Below, piece by piece: positions 20,068 to 28,973 of a DNA stretch of 64,000 nt. Below the pieces are notes generated by a model. That model was not told the DNA's origin. It made no database searches and was given only the letters and a program-made list of their open reading frames with translations. How positions within the stretch are numbered: position 1 is the first letter of the stretch; every line of letters begins with the position of its first letter. The stretch is from Candidatus Latescibacterota bacterium (GTDB lineage: Bacteria; Latescibacterota; UBA2968): the NCBI GenBank assembly GCA_965222605.1, contig OZ244960.1, forward strand, positions 832,001 to 896,000. The letters run 5' to 3'. A program made the position numbers and the translations under genes.

Positions 20068-20987
20068 ACACCTCCCGACCGCCTGCTCGGCGCGATCAAC
20101 CCATCATTGCGCCGATGTAAAAACCGGTGCAGTGCCATATCCAGAGGTTCAGAACACGCGAACTCTTCAATATCGATTTCCGCTGACAAACACGCTTCTC
20201 TTATTGCATCAAAATGTCGCCTGCGATTTTCCAAATAGGCCTCTCGCACCTCCTCTGGCACGGCAAATTGTTCGCGATTGTCCTCGGCATCTACCAGCGT
20301 CACCGACCGATCAAAAGGAAACGTCTGCTCTGCCGGATCGCTCACTTGCATCACCAGCACATCGTGACGCTGCGCCCGCAGGGAACGCAAATGCAAAATC
20401 ATCTCATCTGCCGGATGCAACAAATCGCCAATCAACACCACCATACCCCTCGCAGGCAACACATCGCCCATCACGCGCAACGTCCCCGCCGTATCTGTCT
20501 CTTCACCCGCGGGTCTCAAATTGTCGATCTCTACCAAAATGCGATGCCGTTGCCCTTCTCGACGACGCGCTGGCACATGCGTAATGAGTTCCCGATGATA
20601 CGCGGCAAAACCCACGGCATCTCCCTGACTCGCCGCCAGCATCACCAGACACGCCGCCAGCATCTGTGCATACCGAAACTTGCTCACCGGCCCCGAACCA
20701 TAGTCCATAGACGCACTGCAATCCAACAAAACAGTACACCGCAAATTGCGCTCATCCTGAAACTGCTTCACGTGCAGCCGATCACTTCGGCCGTATAGCC
20801 GCCAATCGACAAAGCGCAAATCATCGCCCTGCGCATAAGGGCGATATTGGGCAAACTCGACCGACGCCCCGTGGTGAATACTGCGATGCGCCCCACCTTG
20901 CAACCCGGAAATAACCGTACGCGCCAAAAGTTCCAAATCGGCAATACGCGCCAACTCAGCCGGATCGAGATATGTGTACAAATTCAT
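20064..20987 (-). CDS. DUF58 (vWA-like) protein
   Basis: GASVEFAQYRPY..GDDLRFVDW, LLDCSASM. Confidence 0.92.
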   Translation of the reverse strand: MNLYTYLDPAELARIADLELLARTVISGLQGGAHRSIHHGASVEFAQYRPYAQGDDLRFVDWRLYGRSDRLHVKQFQDERNLRCTVLLDCSASMDYGSGPVSKFRYAQMLAACLVMLAASQGDAVGFAAYHRELITHVPARRREGQRHRILVEIDNLRPAGEETDTAGTLRVMGDVLPARGMVVLIGDLLHPADEMILHLRSLRAQRHDVLVMQVSDPAEQTFPFDRSVTLVDAEDNREQFAVPEEVREAYLENRRRHFDAIREACLSAEIDIEEFACSEPLDMALHRFLHRRNDGLIAPSRRSGGV

Positions 20988-21030
20988 GACTTCTTCACCC
21001 TATAAACTATCGCGCATCTCGTTTACCTGT

Positions 21031-21459
21031 TCATTCTTTACGTAATGGATTGTTCTCTGGAGAAATCAAATTTACAGTCGGAAAATCTGTTTTGTAGCGC
21101 GCCGCATCTCGAGTTAGCAGGGGTATTTTTTCAACTGAGGCGTGTGCGCCTATAAAAAAATCGGGTAATGGTGAACGCCGTATTCCACCGCGCTTACGAT
21201 ATGCCAAAAAAGCCTTGCCAGCTAAAAAAAGTGCTTCCTTCGGAATTTGGCGCATCTGAAATCTGCCTTCTTTGTGCACCTGCTCTAACTCTTCAATATT
21301 TTCATAACCGATTGACACCTCGGCGTAAATGATCGGATTGATGAGAAACTCGTGAGTATCACGGTACTGTCCAAGCATTTGTAAAGACCAGTCTGCCCAA
21401 ACAGGATCGTTTTCAAAGACATCTAAAATGACATTGGAATCCACGAGCATACCCGTCAT
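21031..21459 (-). CDS. vapC: VapC/PIN-domain toxin
   Basis: LVDSNVILD, YAEVS, PDFFIGAHA, LLTRD acidic PIN residues; overlaps antitoxin stop. Confidence 0.88.
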   Translation of the reverse strand: MTGMLVDSNVILDVFENDPVWADWSLQMLGQYRDTHEFLINPIIYAEVSIGYENIEELEQVHKEGRFQMRQIPKEALFLAGKAFLAYRKRGGIRRSPLPDFFIGAHASVEKIPLLTRDAARYKTDFPTVNLISPENNPLRKE

Positions 21460-21671
21460 TTTTCGCCCCGGGTCAATGCCATAATCTCATCGGTTGTCAT
21501 TTTGATCGTAGCAGACCCCAACAGACTCTTATAAGGATTTCCCTTTGATTTTTTTATCAGATAAACACGGCCATTTTCTTCCACAAAATCAACTTCTGAT
21601 TTTGGCCCAATTTCCAATACTTCACGCACCTTTTTTGGAATGGTCACCTGTCCTTTACTCGTCACACGCAT
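21456..21671 (-). CDS. AbrB/MazE/SpoVT-family antitoxin
   Basis: MRVTSKGQVTIPKKVRE; C-terminal TTDEIMALTRG. Confidence 0.9.
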   Translation of the reverse strand: MRVTSKGQVTIPKKVREVLEIGPKSEVDFVEENGRVYLIKKSKGNPYKSLLGSATIKMTTDEIMALTRGEK

Positions 21672-21826
21672 CGCTCACTCTCCTGAAAAGTGATATGTAT
21701 GCATCAGTTATATTTGTAAAATATGCAAAAATGGGCTTTAATATCACAGAAATTTCGGGACTATTGTATATTGTTCTACAAAAAAACGTCTATTACCTGT
21801 TTAGAATCAATTGAAGGAGTAAACCT

Positions 21827-23113
21827 ATGATTGAAGTGCTCTCCAAACCTGCTGATCAAATCAGCATCAACGATATTGAATCGTTGATTGATTCGCAAGT
21901 TCCTGAAGGTGAACAAATCGAGTTCAAAGAAAACCTGCCAGCGAAGAAAGGTAACACCGATCCCTGGATCGCAGGCAAGAACCAAATTGGAGACCGAGCA
22001 AAAAACGAGATACTTGAGGAAGTTGTCGCCTTCGCAAATGCGTATGGTGGCGTTTGCCTGCTGGGTATAAAAGAGTCCCGTACGAAACCGCCAGTTGCTG
22101 CCGAAATTTCACCAATTCCGCGATGTGCAGAGTTAGCAGAAAGCCTGAAGTTGGTATTCCGCGACTGTGTGGATCCCCAACTTCCTCAGATCGAAGTTAT
22201 CCCAATAAAGACCGATAGTGAAAGCGGTGTAATCATAATCCGCGTTGGGCAATCCCGTCTGGCCCCTCATCGCGTTACAAGAACTCTTGTCTGTCCCATC
22301 AGACGATCTGATCGGTGTGAAAAAATGTCAATGCGAGAAATCCAAGACATGACACTGAACATATCACGCGGACTCGAACGGTTGAAAGAACGACTTTCGG
22401 AACGCTCGGAACGATTTCAGCAGGAATTCGAACACATTCACGAACCAGAAAAATCGTTTGGTATCCGAGCAACAGCCATACCCGTGGGAGACGAAATTCA
22501 ATTTGACCGCATTTTCCGCCAAGGTCGAATCATCGACGATCTCTCTGAACCGTGGCTACAAGCCTTGCACAGGAAAGATGGCACACAAATATACAATAAT
22601 CCCCATACCGAACCTATCCATTGGCGACCAATACTACGCGGTGCCCGGGCGGAACTCTATAGCGAGGAAACTCATCCCCATAAGCTGTCTGAACATATCT
22701 ACCGAGAAATTCACTGCGACGGACTAATTGAGTTGGGACATTTATCGGGGACTTATACGCATCAGGAAAGGGAAATCCTTTCCCTCCCGCCAGCTTATCC
22801 GCTCGTTCTATTTGCGAACTTGATTGCTCAAGCCCATCGTTTGAGAAATCAAGCCGGTGTTCCTATCGCGGAATATGCTGTTGAGGTGGAAATACATGTT
22901 AAAGGAGTCCCTGCAATAGTGCCATGGAATAGATATCGTATATCGTCAGGGAAATTAGCTCCAGGCACGATAACATTCCCTCGCTACTCGCTCGGTGATT
23001 CCAACGAGAGCAATGATCTCCTTAATCTATTTTACCGAGATTTCTTGAATTCTCTTGGTCAAGACATCGGTCCTGAGGAAAACCCGTTAGCGATACCGGA
23101 TTGGACCAATTGA
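21827..23113 (+). CDS. Schlafen/AlbA_2 domain protein with uncharacterised C-terminal domain
   Basis: EGEQIEFKE, EVVAFANAYGG..LLGIKE, APH; AAGGAG RBS; AT-richer than flanks. Confidence 0.82.
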   Translation: MIEVLSKPADQISINDIESLIDSQVPEGEQIEFKENLPAKKGNTDPWIAGKNQIGDRAKNEILEEVVAFANAYGGVCLLGIKESRTKPPVAAEISPIPRCAELAESLKLVFRDCVDPQLPQIEVIPIKTDSESGVIIIRVGQSRLAPHRVTRTLVCPIRRSDRCEKMSMREIQDMTLNISRGLERLKERLSERSERFQQEFEHIHEPEKSFGIRATAIPVGDEIQFDRIFRQGRIIDDLSEPWLQALHRKDGTQIYNNPHTEPIHWRPILRGARAELYSEETHPHKLSEHIYREIHCDGLIELGHLSGTYTHQEREILSLPPAYPLVLFANLIAQAHRLRNQAGVPIAEYAVEVEIHVKGVPAIVPWNRYRISSGKLAPGTITFPRYSLGDSNESNDLLNLFYRDFLNSLGQDIGPEENPLAIPDWTN

Positions 23114-23196
23114 GAATTGGAAAAAAGGCATGCCAAGGACAATCGTTTCTGAAATTCTTTATCTGTTTCCAGTGGTCGAACTCATAGTCACTGCCC

Positions 23197-24225
23197 CTAC
23201 ACCAGATCCGCCTCTGGCGGTTGAACGGTCTCCAGCAGCCGGTTGATGACATCCTCGGCATTTACGCGATCGGCTTCAGCTCTAAAATTGGTCAAAATGC
23301 GGTGGCGCAACACATTGGGCGCAACCGCCTGAATATCGCCAAAAGAAACGTGATATCGCCCCTTGAGCAGTGCCCGCGCCTTCGCCCCCAGCAACAACCC
23401 CTGCACACCGCGTGTGCCAGCGCCCCAACTCACCCATGAAGTCACAAAATCCGGCGCCGTATCGCCCGGGCGACTCGCCTGCACCAGTTGCACCGCATAA
23501 CGCGCCACAGGCTCGGCAATGGGAACCATCCTCACCAACCGGGCAAAATCGAGCATATCTGCACCCGAAAACACAGGCTCGACTTCCTCAGCATCAATCG
23601 ACGTCGTGCGCGTAGCCACGTCTAATTCCTCATCTTCCGTCAAATAATCAATCCAGATATTCATCATAAAGCGATCCAACTGCGCCTCGGGCAAAGGATA
23701 GGTCCCCTCCAACTCAATGGGATTCTGCGTCGCCAAAACGTAAAACGGTTGCTCCAGCGCGTGCAACCGCCCCCCTATCGTCACCTGCTTCTCCTCCATC
23801 GCCTCCAGCAGTGCGGCCTGCGTCTTGGGCGGCGTGCGGTTAATCTCATCCGCCAGCAAAATATGCGTAAAAACAGGCCCCGAAATAAACCGCAACTCGC
23901 GATGCCCACCCACGCGATCCTCGTCGATAATCTCTGTACCCGTTATATCCGAAGGCATCAGATCCGGCGTAAATTGAACGCGCTTAAAATCCAAATCCAA
24001 AATTTTCGCAATCGTGCGCACCAGCAGCGTCTTCGCCAAACCCGGCGCCCCCGTCAACAAACAATGACCGCCGCTAAACAACACAATCAACAGCGACTCA
24101 ATAACCTCATCCTGCCCGACGATCACCTTGCGAATCTGCTCCATCATCCGCGCTCGACCCTCGCGCAACCTGCCTATCGCCTCGGCTTCAAATGGCATTT
24201 CTCGTTCTTGAATAGTCTCTCCCAA
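23197..24225 (-). CDS. moxR: MoxR-family AAA+ ATPase
   Basis: GAPGLAKT, RVQFTPDLMPSDITG, LLADEINR, ATQNPIE..GTYPLPEAQLDRF; start TTG 24225 or ATG 24198. Confidence 0.93.
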   Translation of the reverse strand: MGETIQEREMPFEAEAIGRLREGRARMMEQIRKVIVGQDEVIESLLIVLFSGGHCLLTGAPGLAKTLLVRTIAKILDLDFKRVQFTPDLMPSDITGTEIIDEDRVGGHRELRFISGPVFTHILLADEINRTPPKTQAALLEAMEEKQVTIGGRLHALEQPFYVLATQNPIELEGTYPLPEAQLDRFMMNIWIDYLTEDEELDVATRTTSIDAEEVEPVFSGADMLDFARLVRMVPIAEPVARYAVQLVQASRPGDTAPDFVTSWVSWGAGTRGVQGLLLGAKARALLKGRYHVSFGDIQAVAPNVLRHRILTNFRAEADRVNAEDVINRLLETVQPPEADLV

Positions 24226-24242
24226 AAATCACCTCAATTATT

Positions 24243-25097
24243 TTAATGCGTCAGCGCATACACCACAATATTAATACCCATCGGATACGCCTTGGGCGCG
24301 GAAAAATTGCGAAAATACTCGTAATTCTCGCCCTCGCGCTCCCAGCCATCGCCCAAATCCGTATTGTGCATCACCACGACCATCAACCGCCCATCCCGAT
24401 CAAAAATGCCCTTGCAGTGCGCCTCAGAACCGTATTCGGCATAGCGCCCGGCCCAACCCTCATACGTCAAACCAGTCGTTTGCCAGTCCCAGAAACTGCC
24501 CAGACCCGGCACTTGCGGCACCTCCTTAATATCAAACACAATGTGAAACAGCTCGTGATCCAGCGGAATATCCACCAGGGAAAATTCATCGGGCGGCAAC
24601 ACCTGAGAAATCTCGTACTCCCAATTTCGCCACGCATCATCCCCCCAGAAATCATCCACGAGCAAAAAACCACCGCGCAACAAATAATCGCGCAACCCCT
24701 CCTGCTCGGACACACTCAGCGCCATCCGCCCCACTTCGAGCATATAAATAAAAGGATACTTAAACACCTCGGGATCATCGAGACGCACAACCACATGCTT
24801 AAACCGCCCGTCTTCTGTGCGATTGACATTGAGCGTTGTAATTTGAGATAACCGCAAAGAAAAATTCTCATCCGACTCGGGATAATCCACTGACCAACTG
24901 CCCCGCCGCCGCCGATATCCCCAATCATCATCGCCCGTGTAATTCGAATACTCGATGCGACAAAACGTAAACGTATTACCCGGGAAAATATCGCGTTCCA
25001 TCCGCTCGATAGGACCTCGACGTCTGCGCCCAAACTGTGCATCGACATCCCACTCGGGCATCAACAGCACCAACAAACACGCCAGCAAAATTCGCAT
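24243..25097 (-). CDS. DUF4159 domain protein (secreted)
   Basis: Signal peptide; FTFCRIEY, WSVDYP, YPFIYM, RGGFLLVDDFWG, NTDLGDGWE, GINIVVYALTH. Confidence 0.85.
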   Translation of the reverse strand: MRILLACLLVLLMPEWDVDAQFGRRRRGPIERMERDIFPGNTFTFCRIEYSNYTGDDDWGYRRRRGSWSVDYPESDENFSLRLSQITTLNVNRTEDGRFKHVVVRLDDPEVFKYPFIYMLEVGRMALSVSEQEGLRDYLLRGGFLLVDDFWGDDAWRNWEYEISQVLPPDEFSLVDIPLDHELFHIVFDIKEVPQVPGLGSFWDWQTTGLTYEGWAGRYAEYGSEAHCKGIFDRDGRLMVVVMHNTDLGDGWEREGENYEYFRNFSAPKAYPMGINIVVYALTH

Positions 25098-27529
25098 CAC
25101 GGCACCTCCACCAATTGCAACAACAACTGTTGCGCGTCCCAAAAATGCGGCATTGTTTCCAACAGCGCGAGCACCTCGGCTTTTGCGGCCTTGACCTCGC
25201 CCTTTTTTGCGAGAGCCTCCGCCAGATTGAGCCGATGCGCGGCTCGTCCCGGTACATCCAGATAAATCAGCCGACGCCAATCGGCAATCGCCGCATCCCA
25301 ATCCGCCAGCATCTCGTGTACCTCTGCTCTTCGCGCCAGTATCTCAACCTGAAAAGGACGCACCCCCAATGCCCGATCCAGCACAGCAAGCGCAGCCGCC
25401 CAGTCTTTATCCTTCACATAAAATCCGCTCAACACCAGACAGGCTTCAGGCGCCGTCGCATCCCATTCAACAAGCTTTTTTAATGCTTTGCGGTGCCACT
25501 TCGGATCCCCGCGCGCCATCCCGGCATCCACCCATAGCCGCAAGGGCGCATCTTCCGCAGCATAGTCTGGATACAAAGCATGTGCTTTCAGGAAAAACCG
25601 CTCTGCATCCGCCCAGTTCTTTGCTTCAACCGCCTCTTTTCCGGCATCTAACGCCTTGCGGAACTCCGAATTTTTGGACAACGCCTTGAGGGGCGCGCAT
25701 CGATTGCCCAGATATTCCATAAACCGCTCATCCATAAGACGGGCAGAAACACCGCTGGCCGATATCAACGCCTCAACAGCCTCCATGCCATCGCCAATGC
25801 GGTCGAGTGCTGTCACCAGTGCATCAAGACCGTAATGATTCACGTAAAAAGCCACAAACTCGCCCGATACAAAATACCCATACATCAGATGCATCGGCGT
25901 TTCTGGATCGGCAAAAAACCGCCTGAGATCGCCTACAGAGGGAAACCCCTCGCCATCCAAAATATGCTTAAAATCTGGACTCAGCCGCTGCCCCCAAGAC
26001 ACATCTTTTTGCGTCTCTTCATAGACCGAAATCCCCTCCGACAACCAGCGCGGCAGGCGATTGTGGGTCTTTTGCAGCGTAATCACATGCACAAACTCGT
26101 GCCACAACACCTGTTGCCAATTCATCGTACTGGGGGGCCGTGCCCGAGGAGAATCCATCGTGACCAACCGCCCAAAACAAATACCCAAATGCCCCGCATT
26201 GCCCGGCAGACCAACCGACCGAACCATAAACACATCGTGATCGTCAAACACCTGCACCACCACGGGCGCGTGCAATTCAATATTGTATTTTCTCTGATAA
26301 TACAAAGCCGCTTCATTGAGCAACTTCAACAACCCATCGGACATCACCACGGCCTCTTGCCCGGGCAATTGCAACTTGAAAATACCGCGCGATATCGTCT
26401 CAAAACCATCAATAGCATCGGCAGCCTCGAGCAAATTGTACGCCCGTACACTATATGGATCAGCCGCAAAAACCTGCTCTAATTCACGCCGTGCCTCGGC
26501 ATCTTTGCCCAGGCGCAACAAATCATACGCCAACAGCAAGCGCGCCTCGACATCCTCCCCATCAATATCCAACGCGCGCCCTTGAAAAACACGCCCTTCT
26601 TCAAACCGGTATTGCCGAGACGCAATACGCCCGGGAATGCGAAAAGCCCCAGAAAAATATCCATTAAAAGCCAATGCCCGTTCCTGCATTTTTTGCATCG
26701 CCGCTGGATCGTCCAACAAAAAAAATGCCGCCGCCTTTAACCCCAGCGCTTTCAGGTGATTTGGATTAACAGACAAGATAGAATCCAGCACCGCAAGCGC
26801 GGCATGTGCCTCATTGCGATCCAGCAATTGCTCGGCTTGCAACCGCTGAACCTCTAAATGATTCGGGTTGAGGGCGAAAAGCTGCGCCATCACTTCCAAA
26901 ACCCGATCATCGCCCGCGTGATAATAACACCACATCAACCCCGCCAAAGCCTCCTGGTTTTCGGGATCCAACGCGAGCGCAGCACCGTATTTCTCTGCCG
27001 CCACATCAAAAGCGCGTTTGTCCAGAGATAGCTTACCCGCCGCAATAAACACAGGCACGCTATTGGGAAATGCCTGAGCCATCAAATTGTAAAAACGCAA
27101 CAGCGATTTTGGATCTTCGCCCTTTAACTCGCGCAGACGCGCAGCCGCGAGAAAATCATCGATATCAGGGCGATATTCCGACAACAAGCGCACCTGATGC
27201 TCGGCCTTTATCAATGTCATGCCATAATCACCCATCCGACCGCGCATGCGATACAACTCAGCCAGGTGCACGGTCACATCGGGCGCACTTGCCGAAACCC
27301 CTTCCAATTGCGCGATCGCCTCATCAACGCGACCTGTCAACACCAGCAATTCGGCATAATCCCGTCGCGTTGACCGCGGATGATAAGACACGCGCTCGAG
27401 CACTTTCACCGCCTCGGCATAATCGCCCCGCGCCCACAGCGTGCGATAATCCGTCTCCTGCCCCCACGCGCTTTCCGCAACGAGGCCAAAGAGGATTACA
27501 CAGATTAAATATGTAATTTTAGAAAGCAT
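25097..27529 (-). CDS. TPR-repeat protein with zincin (peptidase MA-like) domain
   Basis: Signal peptide, many TPRs, LWHEFVH (HExxH) followed by PRWLSEGIS. Confidence 0.85.
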   Translation of the reverse strand: MLSKITYLICVILFGLVAESAWGQETDYRTLWARGDYAEAVKVLERVSYHPRSTRRDYAELLVLTGRVDEAIAQLEGVSASAPDVTVHLAELYRMRGRMGDYGMTLIKAEHQVRLLSEYRPDIDDFLAAARLRELKGEDPKSLLRFYNLMAQAFPNSVPVFIAAGKLSLDKRAFDVAAEKYGAALALDPENQEALAGLMWCYYHAGDDRVLEVMAQLFALNPNHLEVQRLQAEQLLDRNEAHAALAVLDSILSVNPNHLKALGLKAAAFFLLDDPAAMQKMQERALAFNGYFSGAFRIPGRIASRQYRFEEGRVFQGRALDIDGEDVEARLLLAYDLLRLGKDAEARRELEQVFAADPYSVRAYNLLEAADAIDGFETISRGIFKLQLPGQEAVVMSDGLLKLLNEAALYYQRKYNIELHAPVVVQVFDDHDVFMVRSVGLPGNAGHLGICFGRLVTMDSPRARPPSTMNWQQVLWHEFVHVITLQKTHNRLPRWLSEGISVYEETQKDVSWGQRLSPDFKHILDGEGFPSVGDLRRFFADPETPMHLMYGYFVSGEFVAFYVNHYGLDALVTALDRIGDGMEAVEALISASGVSARLMDERFMEYLGNRCAPLKALSKNSEFRKALDAGKEAVEAKNWADAERFFLKAHALYPDYAAEDAPLRLWVDAGMARGDPKWHRKALKKLVEWDATAPEACLVLSGFYVKDKDWAAALAVLDRALGVRPFQVEILARRAEVHEMLADWDAAIADWRRLIYLDVPGRAAHRLNLAEALAKKGEVKAAKAEVLALLETMPHFWDAQQLLLQLVEVP

Positions 27530-27648
27530 AAGAATACACTATACTTTGCATTGTAAGATTCGCATATCAATTTCGACCTCAATATCATCATGTTTGTTCC
27601 CTTCTCACGTCTTGTCTCTTGGTGTCTTTGTGTGAGCCCCTCTACATC

Positions 27649-28620
27649 TCACCTATTATACTGAAAATGTCCCCCGCGCACTTCCCGCCACACCGCATCG
27701 CAAGCCTCTAACACCTCCTCATCTAACCGCCCATCTGCAGCCTGAATATTGTGCGTCAGATATTCCAGCTTGCTCGCGCCCAAAATCATCGAATCGACAA
27801 CTGACTGAGACATCAACCACTGCAAAGACAATTCAATCATCGTCTTGCCCGCAGTATGCGCAATCTGCTTCAACGCATCAAGCGCGTCAAAATTGCGATC
27901 ATGCCAGAACCTGCCGTAATAATCCCGATTCAAATCGAATCGCGTACCCGCTGCGGGAGCGGCATCTCGCGTGTGTTTGCCCGTCAGCATGCCGGCAGCG
28001 AGTGGATTATATACGGCCATTCCAATATTCATTTCACGACTAAACGCAACGCACTCCTCATCGATACTCCGCGTAATCAAATTATAGGGCACCTGCAACA
28101 CCACAGGCGGTGCCCAATTATTCACATCGCATTTCCAAAGTGCTTTCATCACCTGCCATGAAGCGAAATTCGACATCCCCACATAGATGATCTTGCCCTG
28201 TTGTACCAATGTGTCAAACGCCGCCATCGTCTCTTCAAGAGGCGTATTCCAATCGGGCTTGTGCAAATACAGAATATCCAGACAATCGGTCTGCAACCGC
28301 TTCAAACACGCTTCCACCCCCCGAATCACATGCCAGCGGTGCAACCCCTGATCCTTAATCTCATCCTGCCCGACAAAATTGGCGATCTTGCTCGCCAAAA
28401 TTACCCGATCGCGTTTGCCCTTTAGTGCCTTTCCCACAATTTCTTCGGACACGCCATTCACATAAGTATCTGCCGCATCGATAAAATTCACACCGGCATC
28501 CAGCGCCGTATCCACCATGCGAATAGACGTGGCCTCATCGGTCTGATCGCCAAATGTCATCGCTCCCAAACATATACGCGACACGCGAATACCTGTCCCT
28601 CTCAAAACGCGATACTCCAT
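27649..28620 (-). CDS. Aldo/keto reductase
   Basis: LGAMTFG, IDAADTY, ASK, LYLHKPD, GMSN, YNPLAAG. Confidence 0.92.
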   Translation of the reverse strand: MEYRVLRGTGIRVSRICLGAMTFGDQTDEATSIRMVDTALDAGVNFIDAADTYVNGVSEEIVGKALKGKRDRVILASKIANFVGQDEIKDQGLHRWHVIRGVEACLKRLQTDCLDILYLHKPDWNTPLEETMAAFDTLVQQGKIIYVGMSNFASWQVMKALWKCDVNNWAPPVVLQVPYNLITRSIDEECVAFSREMNIGMAVYNPLAAGMLTGKHTRDAAPAAGTRFDLNRDYYGRFWHDRNFDALDALKQIAHTAGKTMIELSLQWLMSQSVVDSMILGASKLEYLTHNIQAADGRLDEEVLEACDAVWREVRGGHFQYNR

Positions 28621-28680
28621 CTTTCCTCCTTAGAAGCTGTCTTAAAACGCTATTGATCGTTGTCCTATGGCGCGATTTTC

Positions 28681-28709
28681 GTAAGGACAGGTTTCAAACC
28701 TGTCCCTAC
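28681..28709. repeat. REP-like palindrome (GTAG family)
   Basis: GTAAGGACAGGTTT-C-AAACCTGTCCCTAC: 14-bp arms with one mismatch. Confidence 0.7.
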
Positions 28710-28787
28710 AACTGTTGCCTGTGCAATCTTTTTCCGTATCTTTACCACTGTCGCTATAACATAACACCGTCTCGTGACTTCGCAATC

Positions 28788-28961
28788 ATGATCTGGCTCT
28801 TTATTTTTTTATTTACCGCGTTTTGGGTCTATATGGGCATTGAACTCTACCTGTATTTTCGCAAACCCAAAAATCCCAACAATTGGGATGAAATGTCCGA
28901 ATGGGCGTGGCGGCGCACGGTACGCAAAGCCATTGACGAGATGCTGAAGGAGAAGCGGTAG
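28788..28961 (+). CDS. Small single-TM membrane protein (57 aa)
   Basis: MIWLFIFLFTAFWVYMGIELYLYF then charged tail; 12 nt upstream of ctaA. Confidence 0.55.
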   Translation: MIWLFIFLFTAFWVYMGIELYLYFRKPKNPNNWDEMSEWAWRRTVRKAIDEMLKEKR

Positions 28962-28973
28962 TCAGCAGGTTTT

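Noticed and set aside
23114-23196. Possible toxin gene remnant between the Schlafen gene and moxR
   Set aside because: No frame gives a convincing start plus family motif; too short to support.
12850-28647. GTCTTAAAA-containing ends as a composite transposon around the MoxR region
   Set aside because: Only about 9 nt match, the orientation is wrong for bracketing the interval, and there is no transposase or target duplication.
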